A stretch of 56,849 nt of DNA, the filler included, from Sphacelaria rigidula (taxonomy: Eukaryota): the NCBI GenBank assembly GCA_964200075.2. It is 7 parts of 7 records of this genome, joined end to end, with 100 filler letters (N's around TTAATTAATTAA, not from the genome) between each part and the next. Parts side by side here need not be neighbours in the genome. Positions count along the whole stretch, not along the records: positions 32,545 to 40,579 come from CAXNAA020012552.1; positions 40,680 to 48,714 come from CAXNAA020012553.1; positions 48,815 to 56,849 come from CAXNAA020012554.1; 4 more parts are not named here. One strand, given 5' to 3'. Made by a program: the position numbers and the translations under genes. Below, in pieces: positions 37,301 through 49,140 of this stretch. The notes beneath the pieces were generated by a model. That model was not told where the DNA came from, did not search any database, and saw only the letters and a program-made list of their open reading frames with translations. The stretch's first letter is position 1. The number at the start of each line of letters is the position of its first letter.

Positions 37301-39837
37301 TACCCTAGGGTACCACGGCACGACACTGCTCTTGAAGGAGGATTCACTGCCTGCCTGTTCCTCGGCTTCACTATTATGTATGCGATACCACACCCCTGCA
37401 CGAAATGACAATACGAGTACAGAACTATTTCAACCAAACAGTGAAACCATTATCGGGCCCCTACAAATCTGACCTTCGCAGATATGAGTCGCCCCAATTG
37501 TGCACAGATTAAGGTCCCTGCAGATTCGGGATTTGTCCCCGTAAAATATGTTTTTTAGTGTTGGATATCGAACCGTTTGGCACTTCGATACGTCATCGAC
37601 TTTTTCAGCGTTCGATAACGATAAATTCCGATAAACTTCGGCGAAGCCTAACCTCGGCGAGCGCAGCGAGTCCGCTCGCTGTGCGAGCACTAAATGCCCC
37701 CCCCCCCCCCCCCCCCCCCCCGCCCGGCCGGCCCGGCCAAGGGCACGCCGCGGCGCCGGGGCGCGTCCGCCCCCGGCGGGCGCAACGCAATCCCCCCCCC
37801 CCCCCCCCGTGCGCGCGCGCGGCTCGTGAGGCGGCCCCCTGGAGGCGGCGCCGGAGGCGAGAAAATTGGGATACATGGCTTCATTTTATATTCCCATCAA
37901 AATTGGTCTAATCAAGGTCTCCTATCCTGGGAGAAAACGTGTCCACGTTAGACAAAACCCTATCGTCACACCGCACGTTTTATTGTGTTATCGAAATGTT
38001 TTCGATACGATAACGATAATGATGACGATTGTTCGATACGATATTCAACACTAATGGTAATACAAACGCGATGCAAGAGAAGCAAAATAATGACGACAGT
38101 GGATGGAAAATTATCATTGTATGGTAGTACGCTGTAGCGACAAACGACATGAAAAACGTAGCATGAGTGACAAGAGGAATCAAAACATGCATGTACTATT
38201 CTATTCTTGCTCCCTCAATTTGCGTAGGATCGCCCTGATTCATTACCGAGCACATGCCTGAAGAGGCCCTAGTAGCTACTTCAGTCCTCGCGGCTGTAAT
38301 GAGGTCAGCAGCCCCGTTGACTGGAAGAAAGTCAAGGTACAGGTCCGCCCTCTTGACATCCGCCAAAGCAGAGTGAGTGAACATGAATACTCGAGCTTCT
38401 TGGACACTGATGGATCTTGACGGGAGCAAGGTGCACAAACGGCAGCGAGGTACAAACCACTGTCTTTTCCGACATCGGATCACCCCCACTGACTGTACCG
38501 CCTCAATACCAGCCTTGACTCTGCAGCTACTCAGGAGCTCCCATTTGTAGCAATGATCAGGGTTACCGTGAGGATCAGCGTTAGCGTGAGGGTAAGATTT
38601 AGGGCTAAGGCTAGGGTTAAGGTGAGGTTTAGGTCTGTATAAGGGACAAAGAACCACCCGCACTCGATTTCTGTGCACAGTGATGGATCATGACGAGATC
38701 GGCGTGCCCTGACGCAAGGTAGGGGGTAGCTATTGAGCAAAACGTCCACGATGGATAAAGACTGCTCACCTATATCTCCGTCGGCGGTGGGACCTGCACT
38801 AGTCCAGGTAAAGTTTCCGCCTTCCAACGACTCTCGCAAAGAGAAAGATGCTGACATCAACGATGGACTCCTGAACATTCGGGAAAATATGGCACTACAA
38901 GCTGAGTATGAGAATGGAAAACGACGGATGCAAGTGATCGCGCTTTCTGTCTGACCACGACAAACGCCGACATCTTCACTGGACTCCCGGACAAAATAGA
39001 AGATGACACGGCCAAGCTGGTAACAGAAGTGGAATATGACACGACTAAGATAAAGACCGGTTTCAGACGACAGACTCCTGCTCGAGACGAACAGACGAAC
39101 TGGTACTTGACTTCGCTCACGATGCAGGAAAGTCGACGGACGGTCTACACAGGTACAACGGAGGTGAAGCTAATTGGCGTCCTCTTTTTTGCACGAATGG
39201 AAAACGACATTACTACAGTAATACAGAAAACGGCAGTTTTGTGCAATAGAAAAGGACGAATACCGGATGGCACTTGAACAGCAACATGAGAACGAGCTGA
39301 CAGAGAAGTACCAAGAGAAAACACAACACACAAACACACACAAAAGGCAGGCAACGAGGCCCCAATACCGTACACGAGAGAGACATCAACGAACGCTGTG
39401 CGCCGACAACGGGGGAAGTTAATAAATATGACAGAGAGATGTGAACGGTTTAGATCGGAAAATACACAAACATGATCGAAAAAAAACACACATCGGGAGC
39501 ATCCAGCGCGAACAAATAAAAGACAGCGGATGGGAAACCCAGAAAAACATTGAAAAACAAAATGAAGACGCTGAAGCGGGAAAGCGCAAGAAAAAAACAA
39601 ACTTGGACAAAACGACTACTGCGAAGACACACTGTGAGTAAATATACACAGAGCAGAGATGACAAACGTTGCAGTACTGGACAACGACAGACGTACGCGT
39701 AGGCCCCGACGGATAAGATGTCAGGCGTTGTCCCCCCCGGTGCACCGGATGTGGTCAAGCCCGGCCCATTATTGCCGGCAGACGCGACAAACACAACTCG
39801 ATGCTTACAGACGGCTTCACGTGCAATGTCCACCGTT
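33099..39837 (-). CDS. TPP2: Tripeptidyl peptidase II (subtilase S8), four internal exons
   Basis: Exons 39837-39697, 38870-38770, 36412-36238 and 33177-33099 splice in phase. They give [120 protein letters not shown], colinear with the TPP II catalytic region. Confidence 0.95.
33278..33480 (-). mobile_element. Retroposon 3' fragment with ATGACCACGGCTGGAT...CAATC tail
   Basis: Reverse complement shares TTCAGCGATT and the tail motif with 10480-10594. Confidence 0.5.
34328..34365. repeat. (CAA)n microsatellite in TPP2 intron
   Basis: Direct reading. Confidence 0.9.
34673..34860 (-). mobile_element. Short tRNA-derived SINE family 3 with (AATC)n tail
   Basis: Minus strand: TAGCGCAGCG (A-box-like), GGATCGATCC (B-box-like), short body, TGTGAACAACTGGATTCCTGGGGG, then (AATC)n. 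Confidence 0.55.
34883..35350. mobile_element. PIF/Harbinger-type MITE A, full copy
   Basis: Palindromic, termini GGCTGCTT...AAGTAGCC, TTA at 34880-34882 and 35351-35353. Confidence 0.9.
35354..35835. mobile_element. PIF/Harbinger-type MITE B, full copy
   Basis: Palindromic, termini GGCCGCTCC...GGAGCGGCC, TTA at 35351-35353 and 35836-35838. Confidence 0.9.
38559..38635 (+). repeat. Degenerate TTAGGG-like hexamer array (interstitial)
   Basis: AGGGTT/AGCGTT/AGGGCT/AAGGCT/AGGGTT/AGGTTT with 6-nt periodicity, inside a TPP2 intron. Confidence 0.55.
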
Positions 39838-40579
39838 CTGAATCCCAGATAAGCACAGAAGCAAATCGCATGCCACATCGAACGGGAACGAAATACAATT
39901 CCACCGACATACCCCGGCATAATCGCATTGAAAACGAGAAAAGGGACGGAATCAGAACGTACAACATATATATGAAGAAATGTATCAAATGATTATAGAG
40001 TTTGCAAAAAATAGAGTAGAACAACGTCAAACAAATCACCAGCCAAAAGTAGTACAAAGTAAGAGGATGTTCAAAATGATGACAGAGAAAAAAAAGGAAC
40101 ACAAGAGAAGAAAAAAAACACACACGCATTGACAGATTAGATTTACGACAAAATGTTCGTTGAAAATATATACGTACACAATATACATCACCCCCCACCA
40201 CAGACCAAACAAACCACAACCCCGACATCACATCACCATAAAACAAGTACCGTGGAACACACACAGATCGTAGCACATACGTGGCATATACGTGGCACAT
40301 ACGTGACGCATACGTCACACATTCGCGCACGCAAAAGACAAAACAAAACAGTAAGGCATAAAACAAAATGCACACAACATGACGCACACATACACACACG
40401 CAAGCAGCAACACGCACAGCAGCCGACAGCACAAACACACACACAAAACGCGGAAATGCAGACAAGCAGACAGCGGGGCAACAACAGAAGGGCAGGAAGC
40501 AAACGAAAAGAGGAAAGAGGGGGGGGGGGGGGGGGGGTAGGGGAAAAAAAAAAAAAAAAAAAACGAGGAAGGGAGGAGG

Positions 40580-40679
40580 NNNNNNNNNNNNNNNNNNNNN
40601 NNNNNNNNNNNNNNNNNNNNNNNTTAATTAATTAANNNNNNNNNNNNNNNNNNNNNNNNNNNNNNNNNNNNNNNNNNNN
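40580..40679. other. Artificial contig linker
   Basis: N-run/TTAATTAATTAA/N-run. Confidence 0.98.
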
Positions 40680-40748
40680 CCGGCTTTGTAGGGATGCGAG
40701 GTCAATGGTCTGATGACTATGGCAAGCATGATCATGAGTACACCCCCG
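40680..40748 (-). mobile_element. Left end of family G element, cut by contig start
   Basis: Reverse complement of 958-1025 and 16106-16172. Confidence 0.75.
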
Positions 40749-40938
40749 CGAACTGTTGCCGTACGACGGAAAATGGCAAATTTGTAACGTGGATACATCT
40801 GTGGGTGGTAGCAGTCCGGCGGGCCCGGACCCTCGTGTTTCTAAGTAGGCGTTGTGCCCTCCATCAAAACAATCATTCCGAACCCTCGAAATAGCCAGAA
40901 CAAAAAGAAAAGGCCAACTTCACAGCGATTTCCCCCCA

Positions 40939-40970
<32 letters not shown>

Positions 40971-42594
40971 CCCGCACCCAGGCCCCCCCCGCCGCACTGG
41001 CACCACCGACCTGCCCCNNNNNNNNNNCCCCCCAACAAAAAAATCCATCCCAACCCCCCAAAAAACCCAAAAAAAAAAAAAAAGCCAAATTCAAAACCCT
41101 TTCCCCCCCCCCCCCCCCCCCCCCCCCCTCCCTTCGATGAAAGGGGAACCCTGACATAAAGGCGGTGTAGCGGTTCGACCCACTCACATCCCCTGTTCCC
41201 ATGACGCAGAGCACGCGCCGCCTTACTTTCACGAGCTTCGGCCTTGTTTCGTGCAAGGTACTTTGGCCCCAGGTGCCCTACGCTCCAGGCAGGCCGCAGG
41301 CCGTATGTGTGGCCGTCTGCGAGGCTACGGGAGTTGCCGCACATCGCGCCGGAAGAAATGTCGGGGATTCATGTACAAGTTGTCATCGGAAATCACGTGA
41401 TGACACAAGCGTTGAGCAGTGTACTCTGCGTGTTCCGGGTAAAAACCGCGATCTATCAGTAACTTCATTTCGAAAAAACGTCTGGTGGGTGAATCTCGTT
41501 TTCCCCTCATGTTTTCTCGTTCTGCTGGCTTTTAGCTTGTAGCAAGCAGCTTGCCGTCATCTATACTGTATTCTTGATGTGGATATAGTTGATAAGTGAG
41601 TGACTAGTATATATCTCCTTCACGCCTTCCAAGAACGATGATAAACTCATATTTGTGAGCCGGGTCAGCCCGCGAGCAGACCTACGGGTTACACGTCATT
41701 CTGATTTGAATATTGAGACTTGGAGTTTTCAATTTGGTGCGGAGAATGTCCATGATAAGAGATGATGACAGACACAGTGAGTTTTGCGCCAAAGTGACTC
41801 TTTTGTTTTTCATGAGGCGAGGTCGAGACCCGAGGTCCGGTCATCACTCAAACGCCCGTCAGCCACGAGGGCTGTCGTAATGACCCAACAACATTTATTG
41901 ATATGCCTACTGTCGAAGTTGCCGTGAGAATGGGCGATTTGGAGCCTTGGTCGGTCAGGATTCGGAACAGTATTTAGCAGGCCATGAACCAGTCGAGTTT
42001 TGGTACTCGTGCTTCGAAACTTCGTGTGAAGAATCACTAGGGCATGGCGAAAAATATTTGGGGGGTGGAGTATCGATATACATTTCCCCACGAAAGCGTT
42101 CTTGGCTCGAGGGGGAAAGAATATCTTACTGTCCTCAGCATTTATTTCTATCTCGTCTGATAAGAAACTATTATATAACAGCCTAACTAAATCATATTTT
42201 CGAGCACAACTCGTTTGAGGCACGAACTCCAAAGTTAGTGGATGTAGTTGCCTCTGCTCGTAATACATTGAGTTTTGTACAGCATATCGTGTGTGGCATA
42301 TTTCTAGAAACCGGTTTAGATAAAGGTGAGGGTACTCATCTTTTCCCGTGCTCCAGGATTTGTGCACATGACAAATTCATCGGGCTGTGAACTGTATCAG
42401 TTTGTGCTGGCGATTAAACTGGAAGTGGAGGTTAAGTGGAACTAGTAATGAAGACTCCACTTTATCCAGTTTATTCGAAGTTTACTGTTACTGGCTATGT
42501 TCATAACCGATTTTAGTATGGTGAGTTTACAACAAAAATACTTCCATTATTACGAACAAAATGTGGATGGAATTGGGGCCCCCTCACCAGCCGG

Positions 42595-42660
42595 GAGGGG
42601 GCGTACTCATTTGTTGCTTGTCCTGGTCGTTTGACCATTGACCACGCATCCCTTCCGAGA
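42595..42660 (+). mobile_element. End of family G subfamily 2
   Basis: GAGGGGGCGTACTCATTTGTTGC...TGACCATTGACCACGCATCCCTT matches 16273-16420 (reverse). Confidence 0.65.
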
Positions 42661-43371
42661 TGGAGCACCGTTCCTACTCCTAATAGAGACACCTCCAACA
42701 TTCTGGCGCTCATTATATTTCTTCCATACATTACACAATAACCTCTTACATATCTTATCCCCGTCCTGTTTCGCCGGCTCGGGACACCATCTATCTCCTA
42801 GTGTAGCCATCGTTTTCTCACCAGCCGGGGGGGGGGGCGTTTGTGACTCGCGGCTTTGCCGCCCGCTACCGATGTTGTCCCATTTCACAGCCCTAGAAAT
42901 TAATCATCCTCGACATTGCGTTTTATCAACAAGGTAGCCAGCCACCTGCCCAGACTTCGTCGCAGATGGGCATCTTCCACGTGCTGAGACGACGAAGAAT
43001 GTCTGCGAATCACGGCGCAATTCGTCTGTGTCGATAAGATGTGGTAAAAAGAGCTTAGATCCCTCATCAGCCTGAGCCAGCTCGTGCAGATGTCAATTAT
43101 TTACCCCCACCCACGGAGGCAAAATCATACGCACGTCGAAGATGGTGAATGTTGCACTCCGCACACTTCACGCTGAAGATCGAGCGCTTCCCCTCCTTTC
43201 GTGTCCACATTGTACGCGAGCGCCCCCGCCATCCCCCCTCGCTATCTGGAGTGGTCACAGCACAACTGGGCGCCGTAAGATTTACTTACTACTAACTTCC
43301 CTGTTCTGTTGAGCGGGAGAGTTTACCCCTTGAACATTGAACACTCTTCATTTTTGTTTTTCGTCCAACAG

Positions 43372-46228
43372 CTGCAGCGACAAGGTGGAGGCCTGCCCCG
43401 CGTCAGGGGTGGAAGATGGGTTCACTGCGGAGTATGTGCCGGAAGCTGAGGAACCCCTCTCGGAAGTGTATGACACGATTCTGCTGGAGGGTCACGACCA
43501 TGAATACATCCACGCACGCGAGGCGCTCGACTGTTCACTGTTCATTGGTGAGGGGCGTCATTTTGGGTAGGACGCTCTTGTGATTTACTTATACCCCAGA
43601 CCTCATCCCATCTTCGGTTTGAATCATGATGTTCACCAGGTGAACAAAAATTCGGGAACAAAAGAAAACATTTCAATGTCGACGATTAGTGGGTTATGAC
43701 TGGAATGCATCCGTGAAGATGTTCCGAAGTGAGTCTTTTTAATTTCTACGAATCCATTCCCCTCCGTTTTTTTTTTTCAATCTCGGTCCTTTTTGTTTCT
43801 GATGCCGTCCCTGTTGACGTGATGCACGGCCGTCGCCCCGGTGGCTCAGTCGGTAATCTCGAAACAATCTGACGGCTGAGTAGGGGGGTTCAATTCCTGG
43901 AACGATCTGGAATTTTCTCTCACACCATGCCCAACAGTGGAGAGCCACTTTGCCGTGGGTACACAAAACCCGACCCAAGGGTCGACGAGGGAAAGAGACT
44001 GCTGCACCTCTCTCGCGGTAAAAAAAAAAGGCGAGCACTGCGAAAGGAAGGTGGGGGTAGCAATAACAAATGAAAAAAAAAAACTCCTGTGTTGGCCATC
44101 CTCCTGTGAAACCCCGGCTGGTGCGCCCACATATACCGAAAGGTGCAGACCGGCGCCCACAAGAAATAGGACGACAACGACAAAACACACCTTGTTTTTG
44201 TCATCGACTCATTTTTTTTTTTCATTTTGTCACCACTCTCCGTACGTGCCTGTTTTTTCTTCATGTTTTGTGTAGGAGCCGTCGCTGGACAGGAGCTTTT
44301 CGCCGCGGAGTGGGACGGGACCGCTATTCTGCAGACTACGGACGGTACGGGCAGATGATACAGAAGAATTGTTTCTTTGGCAGTCTCCCAAAACACATGA
44401 AGCTGGACTGTAGCCGTCCCTTGGTTTTTGCGTTGAGCCCGTTGTACGCCGGTATGGCGACGGTACATGTACATTTGACGCCATGCCTTCATGTTCGCGC
44501 GGCAGTGGCTTCTTTTTTTCTTGTCTTCTGACCCCAAAAAGCTTACGTGCTGCTATCCCAGGGTTGGGGAGCGCACAGCTCAGTTCAACACCCAATCTGG
44601 CTGTTCAATGTCATATATAAAGTTCATTAACATTCATGTTCTAAGGGCCAAGGGTGCGTTGTAGTTCGATTTTCCACAAAAACACGAGTACCCAAAACTT
44701 GGGTGGAGCATTGAAATCGTACTCGACAAGAACCAGGTGTCGGGCAAAAAAATGCGATCGTACCCATGTACTGAGGTAAAGTTTGGGGATGGGACCATCG
44801 TAACGTCAAATTCGTACGTGCGGAATACTCGACTTTTGATGCAGCACATCGCACAGCAGCCCCATCACATCTCACACAGTTGGAAACCAAAAGTGTCCCC
44901 GGCCATGTGTCGGATCGGTATATATATATATATATATATTATATACTGGTCGTGCTGGCTTCGCAAACGAACCTCGGAACGATCACATGTTTTGACGACA
45001 CATTGCACCATTTCTGTATCCGTATTTAGCTCCGGTATCGACCTCGACACCGAAAATGACTGTCGCTGTTACACCTTCACTTCTACACCGATCCTGATGA
45101 CCTTGCACCGTCACCAGCCCTGGTAACGATGACATCTAAAGATGTGAGCGTTACACCGAGAACCATGACCTCTGCACATATTTCAGGGACCCCGTATCGT
45201 TCCCACTGACCCCTAGACCGATCCCAGCGGTCGTTACATGAATCTTATTGGGCGCTACACCAATGCCAGCTACGGCAACCGCAACATGGGCCACTGCCGA
45301 CACCCCTGCACAGATGCCCGGTGGTTTCCTAAAGCTTCACTCGAACAAACTCAACCCCGGTCGCGGCACGTTCACACCAATTATCTTCGGGTGTGAAGTT
45401 GCTCGGGGGCAGTTTCTGCATGGTATTTGAAATTTTACACCGTGTGGTGCCCCGTGAAGACTACAGTAGTTTTGTGTTGTGTTGTAACGCAAGATGAATC
45501 CTGTAGCAGTTTTGATGAAGAGCGCCTCGATGCACTCATGCGGTTGAATATCATGTGTGTCGCGGGTCATTCCGATACGTCCTTGACTCGTTCGCCGTTT
45601 TATGCATCCCATTCTGCCCTCTCACAACAACCAACATAAACGTGATAACACGCTGGGTTCGGGGTCTGTTCGCGTGTCGACTGACGAGCAGACGAGCCTG
45701 GGGACACCATGACAACCATGACGGGCACCGCCCCTCCCAAGGGTCCTGTGCCAACGCCATCCCCTGCCGAAGGTATGTCGTGTCATGTTCGAGGTGTAGG
45801 CGGGTTTTTATTCACGTACGTGCAGTGCAACACCCACCGTATTGAACAGTCAGTGGCTACTTGGGAAAGTATTCCACCATTCACGTTTTGTGTTCAACCG
45901 TAGCACGGACAGTCCATCACCTGGGTTCGTATTGCGAAGATTTTCACCAACCGAACACCCCCGATTGCGCGGCTTTTGTCCCTGTGTGGGATCAGAGTTA
46001 TCTGTGTATCTTGGGTTCCCATCATGTTGTGGTCGTCTCTGTCCATTGCTTGGAATGAGATTGCCGAGAGTGCTTTCGTCCATGCTCTCGATCTGTGCGT
46101 GTGTGTTTCCACCAACAGCAACGGCCGAGGACGAGGATGGAGCTATCATCGTGTCCGGAACCTCTCGCGCGGTCCTATTGCTTGTGACACTCGGGGTTTC
46201 GGCCGCCTCCATGGCATGGACCCTCTAA
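43372..46228 (+). CDS. Uncharacterised protein, last two exons; acidic, with hydrophobic C-terminus (GPI-signal/TM-like)
   Basis: Exons 43372-43547 and 46119-46228 have strong CCAACAG acceptors and a GTGAGG donor and join in phase 1. They give CSDKVEACPASGVEDGFTAEYVPEAEEPLSEVYDTILLEGHDHEYIHAREALDCSLFIATAEDEDGAIIVSGTSRAVLLLVTLGVSAASMAWTL*. Confidence 0.65.
43835..44190 (+). mobile_element. tRNA-derived SINE family 2, near full length (intronic)
   Basis: A-box TGGCTCAGTCGG at 43842-43853, B-box GGTTCAATTCC at 43887-43897, CAA/CA-rich tail. Its 3' part recurs at 7827-7980. Confidence 0.8.
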
Positions 46229-47593
46229 TATTAATGCATACTCACGACCGATTTGGTGTTCATGATTTTCTGATTGTGGAACAAAACGAGGGAAGCGGTC
46301 GTCTGCCAAGACCGCCCGCAGAGCCCCGTGCTGTTTTGTCACCTGTGAAAGTTGAAGCAAAGAGCAAAATCGGATTTTTTTTCTTGTGATACGAGTTTCA
46401 CAAGGCGATGGCGTATACGATCTTGAGGGAGGTGGTAAAAAAGAAATAGTACTGTCCTTCCTGCTCATGTTGAGTGGACTTGCGTTTCTTTCTGTTTCGA
46501 AGTCTGTGGCGATAGTGATGACCCATTAGACGTGCTGGCTTGCCTGCGAACAAGTTCCTTGACACGATGGCCGTACGTGGACTTGCTTCGCTGCTGCAGT
46601 CACCACCGGTTGCATAACGGATAAATTTAGTGTTGAGGTAGTGCGTGTGTGTGATGGCACGACTTCCTTGGTCCTGCTGTAGGCTATGGCTTTGTCGGTA
46701 CTACCGTAGTAGGCCACTATATGTTTTACATTATCAACATACGCTGCAAGAATATTCGTGCTTTACTCGTGTTCGTCCTTACCTCGCTCGTACTGCGTTG
46801 GGGGTCTTTTCTTGAGGTGTCGCTCATTGAACACTGGTTCACTGTATTTCGTCGAAGTATGTGTTCTTTTGTTTTTGGTGTTTTTGTCCGCTATTTATTG
46901 AGTACCGTATTCTTCACGTTTATACTCGAGCCATCCATGGTGTTCGATTGTTCAGTAGGTTTTTGCCCCCGGCCTCCATTCCCGGGCAGTACAAGGTTGT
47001 TGTGTGTTGTGTGTGCCTTCGAAACATGATTACTACTTTGAGTGAAGACATACAAAAGTTTGGGCATTGGGGTGTACTGCTTGGCGTGTGTGTGTTTCTT
47101 GTGTCTTTTATATTATCCTCCATGCAAGAGCATAACAAATTGGTTCCGTTTTGACGTATAAGGTACGCTGTACCGTCTGTCGGACAGTATGTCGCGTCTG
47201 TTCTTGGATTGCGTACGATTGGCGGGGGGCGTTGGCGCTCGTCAGGAGTACTTGATGGGAGCCTTGATACAACAGTACAGAGTGTTCCGTCGAAGCTCTA
47301 GCAAACGGTGAGGGCGAGGAAGGTGGTATTTCGTCCCGTGGCAGTAGAGCCCTGAAATTGTAAACTTTTTCATTTGAGCTTCACTGGATGATTCTTTTTC
47401 TGTAACCAAAAGGTTGTATTCCTTCGCCTCCCTTGAAATAACCTGCCACGAGTTACGTACCGGATGTATGCGGGATATATTACGGTCAATTCCCTTGGGA
47501 ATGTAAGAACTCTTGATACGAAATCATGACATTTTTTTTTTCCGAGCTCGCGCCACATGTGTGCGACCCTGCCAAAGTTGTCATGAAGTAATC

Positions 47594-47991
47594 GATATTT
47601 TCATGTGGATGGCGAATCAGTCTGCATTTGGTGCGCACGGAGGATTCACGCGCGCGCCGTTCCCCCATGTTTGTTGGGCTTATCTCGCGAATATGACGTA
47701 CTGTGTGAGGCGGAGCGTAGGGGAACACTCGCAGGCGGAAAATCTATGAGATGAGGCAACCGAAACGGGGGAAGAAGATTGAGGTCGGTGACGATATTTT
47801 CATGTGGATGGCGAATCAGTCTGCATTCGGTGCGCACGGAGGATTCACGCGCGCGCGTTCCCCCATGTTTGTTGGGCTTATCTCGCAAATATGACGTGTA
47901 CTGTGTGAGGCGGAGCGTAGAGGAACACTCGCAGGCGGAAAATCTATGAGATGAGGCAACCGAAACGGGGGAAGAAGATTGAAATCGGTGA
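47594..47991. repeat. ~199-bp tandem duplication (2 copies)
   Basis: Copies start at 47594 and 47793 and differ by a few substitutions and indels. Confidence 0.92.
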
Positions 47992-48714
47992 GGGGTTGGT
48001 CAGGGGGGTGAGGTGAGTTTTTTCTAGACCCATGTTTTTCCCGTTCCCACAATAATGTCCGTTGCCATTTTTGAGGATCCACTGGTTTTCTCTCTTTTAT
48101 GATTTCGAAATTGATGCTACGAGGCCACCCCATGCTTCATGGCAAATTCTTGGGCCGCTGGCGGGTTAACCCCTGACTTTGGGCACGTCACTTTCGGAGG
48201 TAACAAGATCCTAATCATGAAAATAATAAACTGGGGCGCATGGCGGGTAAATGAAACAAGTGAATGGATCGTGCACCACTTTGAAGATTTTGTTGAACTA
48301 TGGTGGGCAAGCGAACGACAAACTGCGCGCGAGCCTTCCACCGCCAAGAAAACATGTCTGGAATTAAAATATTACGCTCAATGATGCCCACCCTGGCGGT
48401 TCTAAATCTGATATTCACCCGTTGGTGCGCGCAAGGTGGTTGTAGCCGGCCCAGGATGTATCGCTGTCATGTTGGAACCTTCAGTTCTGAGTCGTGAAGT
48501 GGAGAGGCACTCGTCACTCATGAACCCACGACCTCGCTGTGGACGTACTAATGTTTCTGCAAAAGCGTAGAAGCGTAGATTCAACAGCACTTCGCCTGCC
48601 CAAGTGTCGACGAGTATCATTTTGTTCGCGAGATGGAGTAAACAGTGTTTTCGTGAGATTGAGAGTAGATGATACGATTGAGAGTGGCTTTGATCATTCG
48701 CTTTAATTAAGTGA

Positions 48715-48814
48715 NNNNNNNNNNNNNNNNNNNNNNNNNNNNNNNNNNNNNNNNNNNNTTAATTAATTAANNNNNNNNNNNNNNNNNNNNNNNNNNNNNN
48801 NNNNNNNNNNNNNN
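48715..48814. other. Artificial contig linker
   Basis: N-run/TTAATTAATTAA/N-run. Confidence 0.98.
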
Positions 48815-48835
48815 TTCCTACTGGCTCCAGGATCT

Positions 48836-49140
48836 GGAGGCTTGTAGATCCTGGAGCCAGTAGGAACGGTCTTGCGCGGGACCAGCGTGAAGACCCTAAG
48901 TTCCTCCAACCTGTCCATTTCTTTGCGGGTAGCCGCTCGCCACAGTTTCGCGTCAGCTAGCTCCATGGCCTCCCTGACTGTCCTGGGAACCTCCTGTAGG
49001 ACGTTTTGCGCTGCATAGGCGTAATGGACGAAGTACACGAACTTGTCCTTGTGGGCGATGTCCTGTACCTCCCCCTTCGTGTGTAGTCCAAGTTTCTTAA
49101 ATTCGCGGAGAGTCCTTGCGTTGGGCCCTTGTGTCACCGA
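48836..49140 (-). mobile_element. Ty1/copia pol fragment (linker plus start of reverse transcriptase)
   Basis: VPRTVREAMELADAKLWRAATRKEMDRLEELRVFTLVPR matches the copia PxxxxEAxxxxxxxxWxxAxxxExxxLxxxxVxxLV motif that precedes RVT_2. Confidence 0.85.

Noticed and set aside
37696..37860. Extremely GC-rich island with poly-Pro/Gly ORFs (similar at 1-105 and 24213-24308)
   Set aside because: Bounded by long C/G homopolymers inside an intron or at contig ends. Probably sequencing phasing noise.
39755..40579. 236-aa hydrophobic Cys/Val/Phe-rich ORF
   Set aside because: TG-rich low-complexity TPP2 intron sequence. Only the embedded exon 39837-39697, in another frame, is coding.
40860..41135. Pro/Gly/Lys-rich ORFs and an apparent duplication around poly-C
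   Set aside because: 41030-41105 is a garbled copy of 40860-40935 across an N gap, i.e. low-quality base calls after a homopolymer.
41810..42367. 185-aa minus-strand ORF
   Set aside because: No recognisable motif or splice context, so it cannot be supported.
43835..43905. Possible tRNA gene (also 6559-6625)
   Set aside because: A and B boxes are present but I could not form a full cloverleaf, and each continues into a multi-copy body, so both are SINE heads.
48117..48700. Possible pogo/Tc1 DDE remnant (ILVDTWAG, ILLPPKVT); its end resembles 18388-18440
   Set aside because: The motif spacing does not fit DDE_1 and the frames are broken. It is a repeat of unknown class at most.
8037..48814. 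Regularly spaced TTAATTAATTAA motif every ~8.1 kb
   Set aside because: It is embedded in N-runs with a constant 100-nt length. It is a concatenation linker between size-sorted contigs, not biology.
48815..48865. Perfect 21-bp hairpin at contig start
   Set aside because: It is an inverted copy of adjacent copia coding sequence at the contig edge, most likely a fold-back artefact.
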